Source: a virus (Duplodnaviria; Caudoviricetes). Taken from it: 62,103 nucleotides of DNA. The translations under genes were made by a program, and so were the position numbers. The notes under the pieces are model-generated. The model was given only the letters and a program-made list of their open reading frames with translations, was not told the origin of the DNA and searched no databases. Of the stretch, positions 40,701 to 48,890 are shown in pieces. The DNA lies in IMG/VR virus record IMGVR_UViG_3300034104_002314, positions 1 through 62,103 of that record. The stretch is one strand, 5' to 3'. Within the stretch, counting starts at the first letter, position 1. Each line of letters starts with the position of its first letter.

Positions 40701-42445
40701 AGACTGATTCAGTTTTAAGCTCATTGTTTGATAAGAGTATTATCATGTCTATGCTTAACCCATTATTTAAGTTAAGGGATAATACTAAACTCAATGACTT
40801 TATACTTTCTAAAATAAGACTCAATGCTGATATTATTAAAAATAATTTTGGTCAAGGTAAAGAAGGAGCTTCTAGATTCATAGATGAGTATAAAAATGGA
40901 ATGATTAATTTTATCTATCAGAATTACATGTCTAATATTATAGACTCTAATGGTAAGATAACAAATACCCCAGATGACTATAGAGGATATAAAGTTACTA
41001 CTAATAACTCCCAGGAGAAAGATGTAGTTATAAATAAAGATTCAGAAGGAAAAATAACAAGTATATCTGTTAACTACAACCTAATTGAATCTGACTATGA
41101 TAATAATCTATATCTTGGTAAGAATAATGCAGTAGATAACTCTTACTTTAAGAGAGGGTTAAAAACATTTAGACAAGCTGATGCCTTATTCCCGGATAAA
41201 ACAAGCTTTTTAAAATATGTTTTAGAAAGAGAATATTTAAGAGAAACTTATAAAGATATTATTCCAGCTCAATCTCTAGAAACATATCTTGCAGATAAAG
41301 CTCTTATGCATACATTTAATAGAGCTGTAATTATGCGGGATAATGAACATTCATACACTGATAAAGTGATGAACATTGTTAAAAACTTTCCTTCATTAAA
41401 GACACAGTTTCCTATACTAGAACAAATATCAAGAGTACCAAGTAAGACTGGAGATAATATATTAACTCTTAATGACCGTAGAATACTTTCTGCAGCTGAG
41501 TCTGAAATATATGTTCAGAATATAAAACAACTTGCTGATCCTAATATAAGAAAAGTAGAAGACCCTTTCACTAACAAAGCAATTAGTGATGTCTTTGGTT
41601 TATTCCCACAGATAATGGTATACCAGCATGGTGTAGGTAAATCTAAATATGGATTTAACATGGCTCTTCCTGTAGATAAGTACAACACTATAATGAAGTA
41701 TGCATCTAAAGTGTTCTCAGATAACTACATGAATGCTAAAACATTTGAAATTATCTTTGATAGACTTACAGCAGTTAAGACTCCATTTAAGTCTTATATG
41801 ATTGATGCTACTAAGTTTGAAGAATTTGCTCCGGCTAAACCTGTTGAAGTTACTGAAGAAGAACTACTAGAATCTGATCCAGAAGAAGAACAAGCACCCG
41901 TTGTTAAACCTGAAATTAAAACAGAAGAAATTGAGGAAAGTATAGTACCAGAAATAGTTACACTTGACAGTTTGTCTAAAAACTCTACATTTCAAAACAT
42001 GACAATTGAATTTGTTAATGAGATTGTGACTGATAAAGCTATACCAGTTGCAATGCGTAATATAAATAAAGGTGAAAAGATACTGATTGTATCTGAACTA
42101 ATGAAACAGAAATACAATGAGAAAGCCTGGTTATCACCTGCTCAACAAAGGGATGGATCTTTTGCAACACCATTAAGAGAAAATTCATTTAATAGTTTTA
42201 ATGAATTTCTAACCTTTGCACTTTTACATGAAGCTGCTCATAATTATATTTTAAAATTAGAGACAGAAACTATTGGAGAGTATGAGGATAGAATTAATCA
42301 AGAAGCATTATCTAAACTTTCATTATTAGTAACTCAACCAAAAGTTGAGGAAGATTTAACTACCTTTACGGAGACAAAAGATACTGAGGAGGATGACTCT
42401 GATGATATAGATAATAATTGTAGCAATCCATTTTTAGGAGAATAA
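31796..42445 (+). CDS. Virion-packaged single-chain two-barrel RNA polymerase with zincin-like domains
   Basis: 3549 aa; ADGQGYIT, RIPVQG and catalytic GGDFDVDK (39245-39259; DFDID in phi14:2 gp66); HEAWH at 34427 and HEAAH at 42227. Confidence 0.9.
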   Translation: MAITCTLGNQQLEVLYAVVYKNMQNVPEGTPFDVRTLMSRLYEQLKERQGEGPAVEYVQAIPYLAGILSYRLDDVEISPETDLRNLARTLMNPETGYAETLKLVGGGLTPEQLSIIAEAEEEVSEDEEPAPVKPRPEFKDTNDYKADDAFTSTFEEYLTVNPNEKPESFAEQIDPDKSYIYATLRKINDEMKRDLDRDLNTDFVFQGKTLKLKTILLSKLSVNDRTEYSNNFVKRANSIQNPDPKVKKPNEIVALVVTDEKGNYIYFDNNGNVSTKEKGGRVVYQMMRDARKEGNKYRVTDIYGRTDQIQTPEQIAENMMNFMGYKDKAAFEEGEKISFTDFVKDLAEEQQKQFKALYELRNSIVEGGKSKLLRLSSISSGVRIKTDPNQKVTLQNLAGQFPMNSNEILSSMLVLNTPSKGFEAGAAVVNIEGETYKVDRSDITEDLARKIAKALTSSLSDEDKNKYYSQFFIDKGFFGTKRHYAAFKKGQFLFTYDTYTEQEMKLDKAKAQSNQRNAIDLKSPTAEEDIYKILMSGKSSTSGTRFPAKIRYDDTALDQEVYLDFQDGKLVPANYLDFLTTLPAQIFINGAKVVPFYNSYMRFRVPTELSEKIDTAAEKVKENAEKKSAIRTNKDALADAIKASSTKSIITTTMGMTASGITPDGKPYANFKIANPIKEGQAVKIYLEQKQESENFKFPKHGQKVLLEVATITVDNKVIPDVVQVFDYTGDKKGVLLGQAAETDYANDEAERDYTAEPGDIVEEKVEPKTSVEEQINKVINNPNVSQPSDKGSGISGLFSLDRKTALPQGVTAKKIDDDKKWWSKSPLNKFIELDHLANIVNSDAYARFIVDGNTLANGGKLARIELYKSGSFADVYHEAWHGFSQLYLTRDEKIKLYNEVIANDPKLKNASFFEIEEKLAEDFRTYALNQKTKKGSPVRNTLFRKIWNFLKELFGIPGVQDMSPNLVEQNNTVTELFNKLYMASENPSLLNSYTPLVDNVMFDILNRGINNVNQPKEDSLNKQDAVVVSESIDSVISEVVDEVNNDPSNNYGKSATLKLLTKSQNKVQLYQLVRQRFQERLKNIQDSLTYKPEKPFNSFQDVDALEKNAAAIIRDKDGNHQYVFLRSQIDDYNNLELDTKAGTRQKGDLYKETIEIISDFYKHNAVNNANNEPADILVVTDIEEARNQYDNYVKGKDETITEFVENEDVVNTLPEVTYEQSQELDNVRILQTALNNWGDPTSGVVKYHIENSRFDLIRQKITDIDSEKDATGDATASEKFEKKAGEMSLLEMADQEIVYILKSLFKQTKKGTKFVTTTNKLGFKDLGNFSQNWKNTVRTLNGITDPKQMYTAIVEASKIYPEFEQLLNKIPDPSLPTTPAENDIITSMWQTFQKPAATLLQLTGFKQDDGSIITELTNAAVDVANTIREFGNRFKADTRDAYIERIDNQSMLNVTALIRNFSDSNGNLDPDKAFKFLNAMGFYLDDLKVIKDELNSIQGVKKYGVDYIFNTIKAISYSENAQTVSKAAADVISEFKKDPLATLVKGIQPQIIGSTSSFVYTKGSKQKNFVEKIAGLQVKYGVDASNFTALNPERNLVNKHIEHSSASMIINGFNQATKLEDFWKKDELKYMSSFNPAVNPFVEDLQITKSLFDLSKPEKARRTSRSLDLILDMGTQIAEFTVEDEDGNKITKSIGTNTTALDQYSKFLQEFHTFFKGGLQEFLRAGSKSTSMALRIEGGIMSEIGDRKDPRYYVDLDKFLPEGNGESFAFDNIILPYISAETERINRFKNSSIAKNYTGYNREFKNGKMYGESYVYFDSILDKDLQDDILAVVNKPGMKLKDYVKNDPKLYDRIKQRVNKYFNNGAEEVYQYLQKAKYIDKTVIDRLNIPTVSTADRERILAKAYMYNAWIHNFEVSQVIFGDIAQFNHKKEEFHKRTSGAISGGPKIRTDKAFRDFINDVNSKETGFTWDRNAYAKTLGSPDYIKFTYNGTVNTAIMQDADRDSIYKPMIEKAIREDYEKRYAGKPNAAEEVEKRVKIEADKYLKMTEADGQGYITIDAYRTLKKGMNKWSDQQEALYQKVVSGQEITAADVVNFFPVFKLQNYGNLAGTVLPVTAMHKFALMPLIPSVIKGSDLETLHHEMLRNNIQYATFASGSKVGGVTADGKPDNIFADKEQKIIKDKLTLTPNTVYVEYLKESASVPDYSKGKVVFSTQLRKLLLNGLYQDGKIINTEYEPVANRYKTAVDNYTNLLKLELLDEINFKKVGDTYKGNIENLLKLIQRELRRKDMPEHLVEAIGLNEDGTLKNDLSIHLDAQTIEKTIMSIVEKRFVKQKLYGEALVQVSSTLTRGMWSSGIKFTEGTEAEREKLLGSNTLPFYEPGKDGNTNAMKVSIGLQGEFNNLLNKEWKGEKIGTIQRLNELIKDEEWLNTDDNRKSITLSAVRIPVQGLNSMEFMEVYHFMDPSADNMIFVPSELVAKSGGDFDVDKLTTFFPHIASDGTYVTSKESTGDFINKINTEREKTNKSFAGQIKAQKKAAENELLESIKGVLELPDNYVNLVRPNDTYILQDISEELENIVSDYNRFVGGDKDAKQITPSITLHPLYNVHKHGVNMEGKDVLGIAANENAISPVFDSVGAAMPASYYQTQFSKKLGRDIELKSAPKLAMRLFLPHNKTDDGRISLSKIYDVEGVNSVAELFSQAINGTVDVEKNPWIFFIQGNMEVATTLFYLFKAGVPVRDAIFFVSNPLVRDYVNNQKRLKSAYGEFTGDAPKSPNFVKYNSAVLTLSNIIPDMIENGLKDYNGEMFITTQSRYEKPQVQRITTEVFKEELRKGNIPVDDIMTLEKVKGSPLTKILYTKPQITGKTYFKTVTNYVNKPNVLKNGTFSLADMEKLVKEPGQESSNLAVSMFLHFLEIEKQLKGLGALKRSSKPDTQTFKSPQEILYRDVNIDLLTENSKVDSNLMTLLQTDSVLSSLFDKSIIMSMLNPLFKLRDNTKLNDFILSKIRLNADIIKNNFGQGKEGASRFIDEYKNGMINFIYQNYMSNIIDSNGKITNTPDDYRGYKVTTNNSQEKDVVINKDSEGKITSISVNYNLIESDYDNNLYLGKNNAVDNSYFKRGLKTFRQADALFPDKTSFLKYVLEREYLRETYKDIIPAQSLETYLADKALMHTFNRAVIMRDNEHSYTDKVMNIVKNFPSLKTQFPILEQISRVPSKTGDNILTLNDRRILSAAESEIYVQNIKQLADPNIRKVEDPFTNKAISDVFGLFPQIMVYQHGVGKSKYGFNMALPVDKYNTIMKYASKVFSDNYMNAKTFEIIFDRLTAVKTPFKSYMIDATKFEEFAPAKPVEVTEEELLESDPEEEQAPVVKPEIKTEEIEESIVPEIVTLDSLSKNSTFQNMTIEFVNEIVTDKAIPVAMRNINKGEKILIVSELMKQKYNEKAWLSPAQQRDGSFATPLRENSFNSFNEFLTFALLHEAAHNYILKLETETIGEYEDRINQEALSKLSLLVTQPKVEEDLTTFTETKDTEEDDSDDIDNNCSNPFLGE

Positions 42446-42455
42446 TTTATATGAT

Positions 42456-45400
42456 ATGGCAAGATCTGCATGTACAAACAAGAATTTAAGATTTAAGTCC
42501 TCTGAAGCTTCAACCAAAGCTAACATGAGATCATTAGGAATTGTAGATAAATATCTCAATATCCAGGACTATAAAAAGTTCCTGGATTATAACTCTAAGT
42601 GGTCAAAGTATGCTAATGAAAAATATGGTATTGAAGGTCGGTTATTTACTTCAGAGTTTGGTGGAACCAGAGCTTTACCTAACAAAGAAATGTTTCATCA
42701 GATAGATGCTTTCAAAGGTATTTTTTATAAAGAGAATGCATATCTTAGACCAGATTATTTACCAGAAAGATCTAAACCAGATATTGTTCCATTTGAATTT
42801 AATAAAGAAGATGTAAGTCAGGAGAGAGCAGAAAGAGTTCTCAACTCTCTTGGTGAAAAGTTAATGCTAACTCTAGGAGTTCCTTACCAATATATCACAG
42901 AACAAGAGGCTATTGATACTCTTGCCGGAACAAGTACACCATATAAAAATCAACCAGGGTTTTACTATGGTAATATGGTATATTTAGTTAAAGGTAAAGC
43001 AAACATGAACACAATGATTCATGAGTTTGGTCATCCGTTAATTAAAGGTATTGCAATCCAAAACAATAAGTTATTTAATAATCTATATAATAAAGCCAAG
43101 CTTACAGCTACCGGCCAAAGTATTATTGAGCAAGTGAAGGCTCTATATCCTAATTTACAGTTTGAGTCTGATAGATTTATGGAAGAGGTTCTTGTTAGGT
43201 CTCTTGAGAGAGATGCTGAGAATAAAATTAATAAGCTTCAGCAACAGGATCCAGAGTTCAATAACTTTATCAGCATGCTTGTATATGCTATAAAAGAACT
43301 CTTCAGAAAAATATCCAAAGTTATTTCTGTAAAAGAACTTAAGTCAGATACAACTATAGACCAGCTTACAGACATGTTATTATTTGAGGACATTAAGATA
43401 GCTAATCTTAAGTTTGATGAGACAGACTATGCTGAAATGAAGAATGAGTTTGATGATTTAGTTGATGCACTTCAGAATGTAAGCACTAAAAACTTGCAGA
43501 ATGCTATCAATGAAACATATGCTGAGGCTAAGTATCAAATTCAAGTATTAAAAAGCTCTGGGAAACTAAAGAAAGAACTTGTTGGTGAAGGTGGTCTTGC
43601 TATACTCAGTAATCTTAAAGGTTTCCTAGCTAGATATCAGAATGTTGATGTAAAAGATATTCCTGTTGAAGATGTGGCAGAAGCATTACAAGCTCAACAA
43701 GAAGAATTTAGAGTAAGAGCCACTGCACTTGTTGAAAGTTTGTCCCAGGTAAAGGTGTTTACCACTAAGATAGAGAATATCTTAAATGAAATGGAAGATA
43801 ACAACAGCTACCTTACTGATGATGGTATATCAAAAGTCTCATACTTTAATGACTTCTTAGCTAGACAGGATAGATTTCTAAAAGCAATAAAGAAAACAGT
43901 AGGTTTATCTAGAACCAATGAGTTTGTTAAAGAAGTATCTGATATATCTGATATAGTTTCTGTTGCCAGAGATAAAGTTAAAGAACTTAGAAAAGAATAT
44001 GCTCTTCAGTTTATGCAAGATAACACTGCATTTATGCAAGATGAACTTGAACAAAGACTGAAAGAAAGAATAAACACTTATCTTAAATTAGATAAAATAC
44101 CACAAGCACAGATAGATGAACTCATAGAAAAGATTATATCTAATCCTGATGGTAAGACACTGACTGTAAAAGAACTAGGTCCTGGAATTAATCCGGCCAG
44201 AGGTGCTGAACTTGTTAGAGAAGTAGGTGAATATTATCAAAAAAGACTTACTAGAGATTCATTAAATAGTTGGATTGAAGGTACTGCAGAAGACATTGGC
44301 TTTCTTGAGTCCATGTTAAATCCTTATATGTCTATTGATGATCCTCTTGGTAGCTTTGTTAGATACATGAAGACCAAGTTATCTGATGCCGAGCAAGTTA
44401 GTCTAAGAGAAGAAACAGATATGCTTGAAACTCTTATACCATTAATGCAGGCAGCTGGTTTAAACCCAACTAATATTGAAAGATCTGGTGAGGCTTTGCT
44501 TTCTATTGATAAAGTAGGAAGCACAAATGAAAAAGGAGAGTTTGAAGAGTTTGAGGTCTACAAAATTAAAAGCAAGTTTGGTAATGGTTGGAGAGCTGAC
44601 AGAGACAGATTTGAATATGAATTTCAACAAGCACAAGAAAAAGGTGACAAAGTTGCAATGAAAGATGTTCTTACCAGAAAATGGGAGTGGGAAAAGAAAT
44701 ATATGCATCAGGAAAAAGTTCCTGAGTACTATGCTGTACAGGAAATCTGGAAGCAAGAAAATAAGATAAGAAATCCATTTACAAAAGAAATGGAAACTAT
44801 ACCAGCTACTATAGCTACTGAGGCTTATCTTGAAAGACAAAAAGCTCTTGGTGAAATGATTGTATATAAAAGCCGTGACTTTACAACCATGGATGATATA
44901 TACACCTTTACTGAGGCTGATGAAGCACAGAAAAGATATAATGAGTTGTTTCAAATATATGACAGCAAAGGTCAACCTAAGACTGGTGAAGAGCTTCAGA
45001 AAGTTTTAGTTAGGTTAGAATATAGAAGACAGTCTAGTAAGTTCTATGAGTACATTCCTAATGAAGAGAAAGTACAAACTGACTTGGATGCTTTTGTTCA
45101 GGATCTAGCGGCCAGAAAAATTACAATGGAATCCAATCCTGAAGAGTTTCAGAAGGCTTTAGAAAAGTTTGAAGAAAGAAACTTTAGAATTGCATACACT
45201 CCAGATTATTATGAGAGTAGAGATCAGATAATGACTGAGATAAAAACTCTTACAAGTAAAAGTAAAAAGTCTGCTATTGCTACTGAACTAGCTGATCTTT
45301 ACCGTCAAAGATTTGCATTATCTAATTTGGTTACTGATAGAAATGGTCAGACAAATGCTTTGGAATATAAGCCTGAGCAGTTTAAACTAATGAAAGATAT

Positions 45401-48287
45401 TGAAGAAAGGATAACTGAATTAGAAGGTAAGATAGATACAAAGTCTGGTTTACTTGCTGAGGAAGCTGATAGAGTAAAAACTTATGAAGAAAGACTTGCT
45501 GCTGGATATGATTTATCTGATACAGAACAGACTGATTATGATGAACTTACAGCAAGAAGAAATGAACTAGGTTTATCAGAAGCAGAGTTTAAAAAACTTA
45601 AACAGTTGTTTGCAGACTTAAGAGGTTTGACTCAAAAAACTCCTACTGAATATTACTACATAGCATTTAATAACATGCTAGGTGATACAGAAGTTCCTCA
45701 CATAACATTAGAAAATGCTGATGATTGGATAAACTCTGAAGATTTATATACAGCAATGGAGCTTAATCCAGAATTTGCAGAGTGGTTTGAGAATAACCAT
45801 TACAAAAAGAAAGTATGGAATAATAGTACTAAACAAAAAGAAGATAAATGGTTTAGAACTAGAATGTGGACTTCAGTAAAACCTGTAGATGAAAAACATT
45901 ATAAGAAAACTACTTTAGTACACCCCGTTACTAAACAACCATTAGTAATTAATGGAGTTCCGGGACCTAAGTATTCATACCAAAGAGTCAAAGAACAATT
46001 CTTTACAGTACCTTTTGATTCTGAGGCCAAGAAAAAATATGTTGGTACTATTATAGATAATGATGGTAACTACCTTCCTAAAGAATACAAACCAGGTGAT
46101 CCTAACAGTGCTTATGATGACAAGTACATGGATAAAGAATATGCTCAAGCTATTACTAATCCTGCTATGAAAAGTTTACTTGATAAAGTAACTGAGTACA
46201 TGTTAAAAATGCAGGAGAATAGACCAGGTTCAGCTAAGCTCTATCTTGACTTACCAAGAAGAAGAAAGGCTAGTAATCTAGAGTTGCTTAAGTCAGGCAA
46301 AGCTATGTCTGATGCTAAAGAAAAAGGTAGTGCTGCATGGGAAGCTGTTAAAGCTCCTTTTGCAAAAAGAAAAGATGATTATCAAAACTTTGGTATAAAC
46401 TTTAATCCTGATACATTATTAGTATCAACTGATCTAGAAGGACAACCTATAGCAAGAATACCGGTTGATGGTTTATATAAAATGGAGCTTAAAGAAGTTT
46501 CTACAGATGTATTAAGTGCTATGTTTATGTATAACTATTCACTTAACAAACAAGCAGTATTAATAAAGGAAAAAGCTAAAGGTGAAACATTAAGATCTGT
46601 TCTTAATGATCCAGACAATGCTATTAAAGATCTTAATAGAGCCAGTAAGCAGATAGCTAAAAACAAAGGAGTTCTTGCATTTTTAAATACTGGAGATAAT
46701 AGAAGAGCTGCAGCTCTGGATTATTTTATAGAAAAAACATTCTATGGTCAGAAAAACAGTGCTTGGGAGTCTGAGTATCCAGGATGGATTAAGTTTGCTA
46801 ATACTTTAATGGGTAATGCAAGTAGATCATTTATTGCATTTGACTTGGTGTCTGCAGTAAAAAACAGATTTGGTATGATAGTTCAGAACTCCATTGAAGC
46901 TGCTGCTGGTAATTTTTACAATCCAATATCATTTGCCTCAGGTAGGATGTGGGCATATCAATCAGCCATTGAGCTTGCAGGTTTTACCGGAGGAGGTATT
47001 TATAAGAAAGGAGCTAAGTCACTTAACCTACAAATGATAGATATATTTGATCCTGTCATAGGTAAAGCAGAAAAAGACTATGGTAAATCAGCTACCAGAA
47101 GTTTTATTAGAGATATGTTTGACGTAACTTGGGCATATGATGCTAGAAAACTAATGGAGGTTGAAGGTGCTTTCCAAGTTATGGGTGGTATGATGTATCA
47201 TAAGGAGATAGAACAGATACAACCAGATGATTCTGTAAAAAAGATTAAGTATATTGATGCATGGGAACTTAATGATAAAAAAGAAATAGTTCTTAAACAA
47301 GGAATCAATCCTGAATGGAGTAATAGATACATTGATCATACTGTTGCAGCTAATGAAACTTTAGAGTCTATAGCTAAAAAATACAGTATGTCTGTTGAAG
47401 AGCTTGCTGCCAAAAACAAAATTAAACCTACAGCTAAACTTGCAGAAGGACAAGAGCTTGTTATATCTAGAAACACAAAGTTTAATGATTATAAACTCAA
47501 GATCCACTATGTACAGAAAAGACTTAATGGTGCTATGGATGAATTAGATTCACCACAAGGTGAGAAATTTATCCTATATAGACTATTTACTTTCTACAAG
47601 AAGTTTGCTACCGGTATGTTCTTAAATAGATTTCAAACAGACTTATCTAAAAATAACCGCTGGGGTCATGTATATAACTGGGAAGCTGGGTCTCCTGTGA
47701 AAGGATATTATATAGCTGGTGTTCAAGCTATGTACAAAACATTAAGATCAGGTGGTGCTTACTGGAATGTAATGTCAAAAGAAGAAAAAGCTGCTTATAG
47801 GAAAATGGTTACTGAAGGTATGACACTTGCATTAATGGCAATAGCTATAACTCTTATATTTGGTTGGGATCCACAAGATGAAGATAGATTCCAGAAACTA
47901 GCCAAGAGAGAAGAAGATTACGGGTACTTTGGTTGGTTAGGTAATCACATGTTATATCAGTTGATCGCAACTAAAAGAGAGAACCAGTCTTTCATTCCGT
48001 TACCATGGGTTGGTGGACTAGAAGAATGGTATAAATATGGTGATGCTACATCAATTGCATTTGGTCCTACTATTGGTCTTTACTTAAAAATACTTGCAGA
48101 TTTAGGTTACATGGCAACAGGTAGTGAGAAAGCAGTTTACCGTCAGGAAGCTGGTCCATATCCATGGCAAGAGGAAGGTGACTATAAATTATGGAATCAC
48201 ATATTAAGCATCTATGGTATTAAAGGTAAGAACCTATCTCCTATATGGGCATTAAGAAGAGATGAACAATTCCAAAATCTTAAATAA
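42456..48287 (+). CDS. Giant virion protein with zincin-like, LysM and hydrophobic segments
   Basis: 1943 aa; IHEFGH...EEVLV at about 43020; LysM-like HTVAANETLESIAKKY...EELAAKNKI...LAEGQELVI at about 47338-47466; hydrophobic MTLALMAIAITLIFGW. Confidence 0.8.
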   Translation: MARSACTNKNLRFKSSEASTKANMRSLGIVDKYLNIQDYKKFLDYNSKWSKYANEKYGIEGRLFTSEFGGTRALPNKEMFHQIDAFKGIFYKENAYLRPDYLPERSKPDIVPFEFNKEDVSQERAERVLNSLGEKLMLTLGVPYQYITEQEAIDTLAGTSTPYKNQPGFYYGNMVYLVKGKANMNTMIHEFGHPLIKGIAIQNNKLFNNLYNKAKLTATGQSIIEQVKALYPNLQFESDRFMEEVLVRSLERDAENKINKLQQQDPEFNNFISMLVYAIKELFRKISKVISVKELKSDTTIDQLTDMLLFEDIKIANLKFDETDYAEMKNEFDDLVDALQNVSTKNLQNAINETYAEAKYQIQVLKSSGKLKKELVGEGGLAILSNLKGFLARYQNVDVKDIPVEDVAEALQAQQEEFRVRATALVESLSQVKVFTTKIENILNEMEDNNSYLTDDGISKVSYFNDFLARQDRFLKAIKKTVGLSRTNEFVKEVSDISDIVSVARDKVKELRKEYALQFMQDNTAFMQDELEQRLKERINTYLKLDKIPQAQIDELIEKIISNPDGKTLTVKELGPGINPARGAELVREVGEYYQKRLTRDSLNSWIEGTAEDIGFLESMLNPYMSIDDPLGSFVRYMKTKLSDAEQVSLREETDMLETLIPLMQAAGLNPTNIERSGEALLSIDKVGSTNEKGEFEEFEVYKIKSKFGNGWRADRDRFEYEFQQAQEKGDKVAMKDVLTRKWEWEKKYMHQEKVPEYYAVQEIWKQENKIRNPFTKEMETIPATIATEAYLERQKALGEMIVYKSRDFTTMDDIYTFTEADEAQKRYNELFQIYDSKGQPKTGEELQKVLVRLEYRRQSSKFYEYIPNEEKVQTDLDAFVQDLAARKITMESNPEEFQKALEKFEERNFRIAYTPDYYESRDQIMTEIKTLTSKSKKSAIATELADLYRQRFALSNLVTDRNGQTNALEYKPEQFKLMKDIEERITELEGKIDTKSGLLAEEADRVKTYEERLAAGYDLSDTEQTDYDELTARRNELGLSEAEFKKLKQLFADLRGLTQKTPTEYYYIAFNNMLGDTEVPHITLENADDWINSEDLYTAMELNPEFAEWFENNHYKKKVWNNSTKQKEDKWFRTRMWTSVKPVDEKHYKKTTLVHPVTKQPLVINGVPGPKYSYQRVKEQFFTVPFDSEAKKKYVGTIIDNDGNYLPKEYKPGDPNSAYDDKYMDKEYAQAITNPAMKSLLDKVTEYMLKMQENRPGSAKLYLDLPRRRKASNLELLKSGKAMSDAKEKGSAAWEAVKAPFAKRKDDYQNFGINFNPDTLLVSTDLEGQPIARIPVDGLYKMELKEVSTDVLSAMFMYNYSLNKQAVLIKEKAKGETLRSVLNDPDNAIKDLNRASKQIAKNKGVLAFLNTGDNRRAAALDYFIEKTFYGQKNSAWESEYPGWIKFANTLMGNASRSFIAFDLVSAVKNRFGMIVQNSIEAAAGNFYNPISFASGRMWAYQSAIELAGFTGGGIYKKGAKSLNLQMIDIFDPVIGKAEKDYGKSATRSFIRDMFDVTWAYDARKLMEVEGAFQVMGGMMYHKEIEQIQPDDSVKKIKYIDAWELNDKKEIVLKQGINPEWSNRYIDHTVAANETLESIAKKYSMSVEELAAKNKIKPTAKLAEGQELVISRNTKFNDYKLKIHYVQKRLNGAMDELDSPQGEKFILYRLFTFYKKFATGMFLNRFQTDLSKNNRWGHVYNWEAGSPVKGYYIAGVQAMYKTLRSGGAYWNVMSKEEKAAYRKMVTEGMTLALMAIAITLIFGWDPQDEDRFQKLAKREEDYGYFGWLGNHMLYQLIATKRENQSFIPLPWVGGLEEWYKYGDATSIAFGPTIGLYLKILADLGYMATGSEKAVYRQEAGPYPWQEEGDYKLWNHILSIYGIKGKNLSPIWALRRDEQFQNLK

Positions 48288-48294
48288 ATAAACA

Positions 48295-48435
48295 ATGGCA
48301 AAGGCAACAACAGCAACAGTAAAAGCATACATCAAGCCTAAAGTTTCTAGACCTGGTGTTCATGCAAAAACCAAATCATCTAAGTCTAAGAATAGTAAGC
48401 TATACAAAAAAGCTTACCGTGCTCAAGGCCGATGA
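48295..48435 (+). CDS. 46-aa very basic small protein (absent from the ORF track)
   Basis: MAKATTATVKAYIKPKVSRPGVHAKTKSSKSKNSKLYKKAYRAQGR; A-rich leader AATAAACA; fills the gap before the terminator. Confidence 0.75.
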   Translation: MAKATTATVKAYIKPKVSRPGVHAKTKSSKSKNSKLYKKAYRAQGR

Positions 48436-48436
48436 G

Positions 48437-48480
48437 AAAAAAAAAGGGGAGAACCTTTTACAGCTCTCCCCCTTCATTTT
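48437..48480. terminator. Probable bidirectional terminator at the strand convergence
   Basis: A9 run, GGGGAGA...TCTCCCC stem, then TTCATTTT. Confidence 0.7.
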
Positions 48481-48709
48481 CATAGAAGTCTAGGACTTCA
48501 TATTTGTCTTTAAAGTGTATTACTTTAAAAATATTTTCTTCAAAATTATATCTTACAACAGACAGTGTATCAAGTGCCTTGTGAAAAGAACATGCTTTAC
48601 ACACTATACACTTACCTTTAGCACTTTTTATTTGATATTTTCTAGTGTTATCCTTAAATTTTTCTAATGGCTTTTCTATACCACAATTAAAGCATCTAAG
48701 AGTCTCCAT
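48458..48709 (-). CDS. Zinc-ribbon protein (CxxC...CxxC)
   Basis: Likely start METLRCFNC (83 aa); CFNC and CIVCKAC motifs; the longer track start overlaps the upstream gene. Confidence 0.6.
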   Translation of the reverse strand: METLRCFNCGIEKPLEKFKDNTRKYQIKSAKGKCIVCKACSFHKALDTLSVVRYNFEENIFKVIHFKDKYEVLDFYENEGGEL

Positions 48710-48890
48710 CTTCATCATCTTCACAACAGTCACATTCTTCTGACTCTTGTTGTCCATACTCATTATCAAACCAATCTCTAGCATCTTTTTTGTTAGGTTC
48801 ATCTATATCCCCTGATGCCATGGCTTCTGCTCCCGCAAGATAAGCCTCAATCATTGCTTTCCTAAATGTCACTGGATGCATCTGTGTCAA
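48696..48890 (-). CDS. Small acidic hypothetical protein
   Basis: 64 aa; overlaps both neighbours in operon fashion. Confidence 0.6.
   Translation of the reverse strand: MTQMHPVTFRKAMIEAYLAGAEAMASGDIDEPNKKDARDWFDNEYGQQESEECDCCEDDEDGDS

Noticed and set aside
115-47339. Many short antisense or alternate-frame ORFs inside long genes
   Set aside because: Shadow ORFs of biased codon usage, with no recognisable motifs or leaders.
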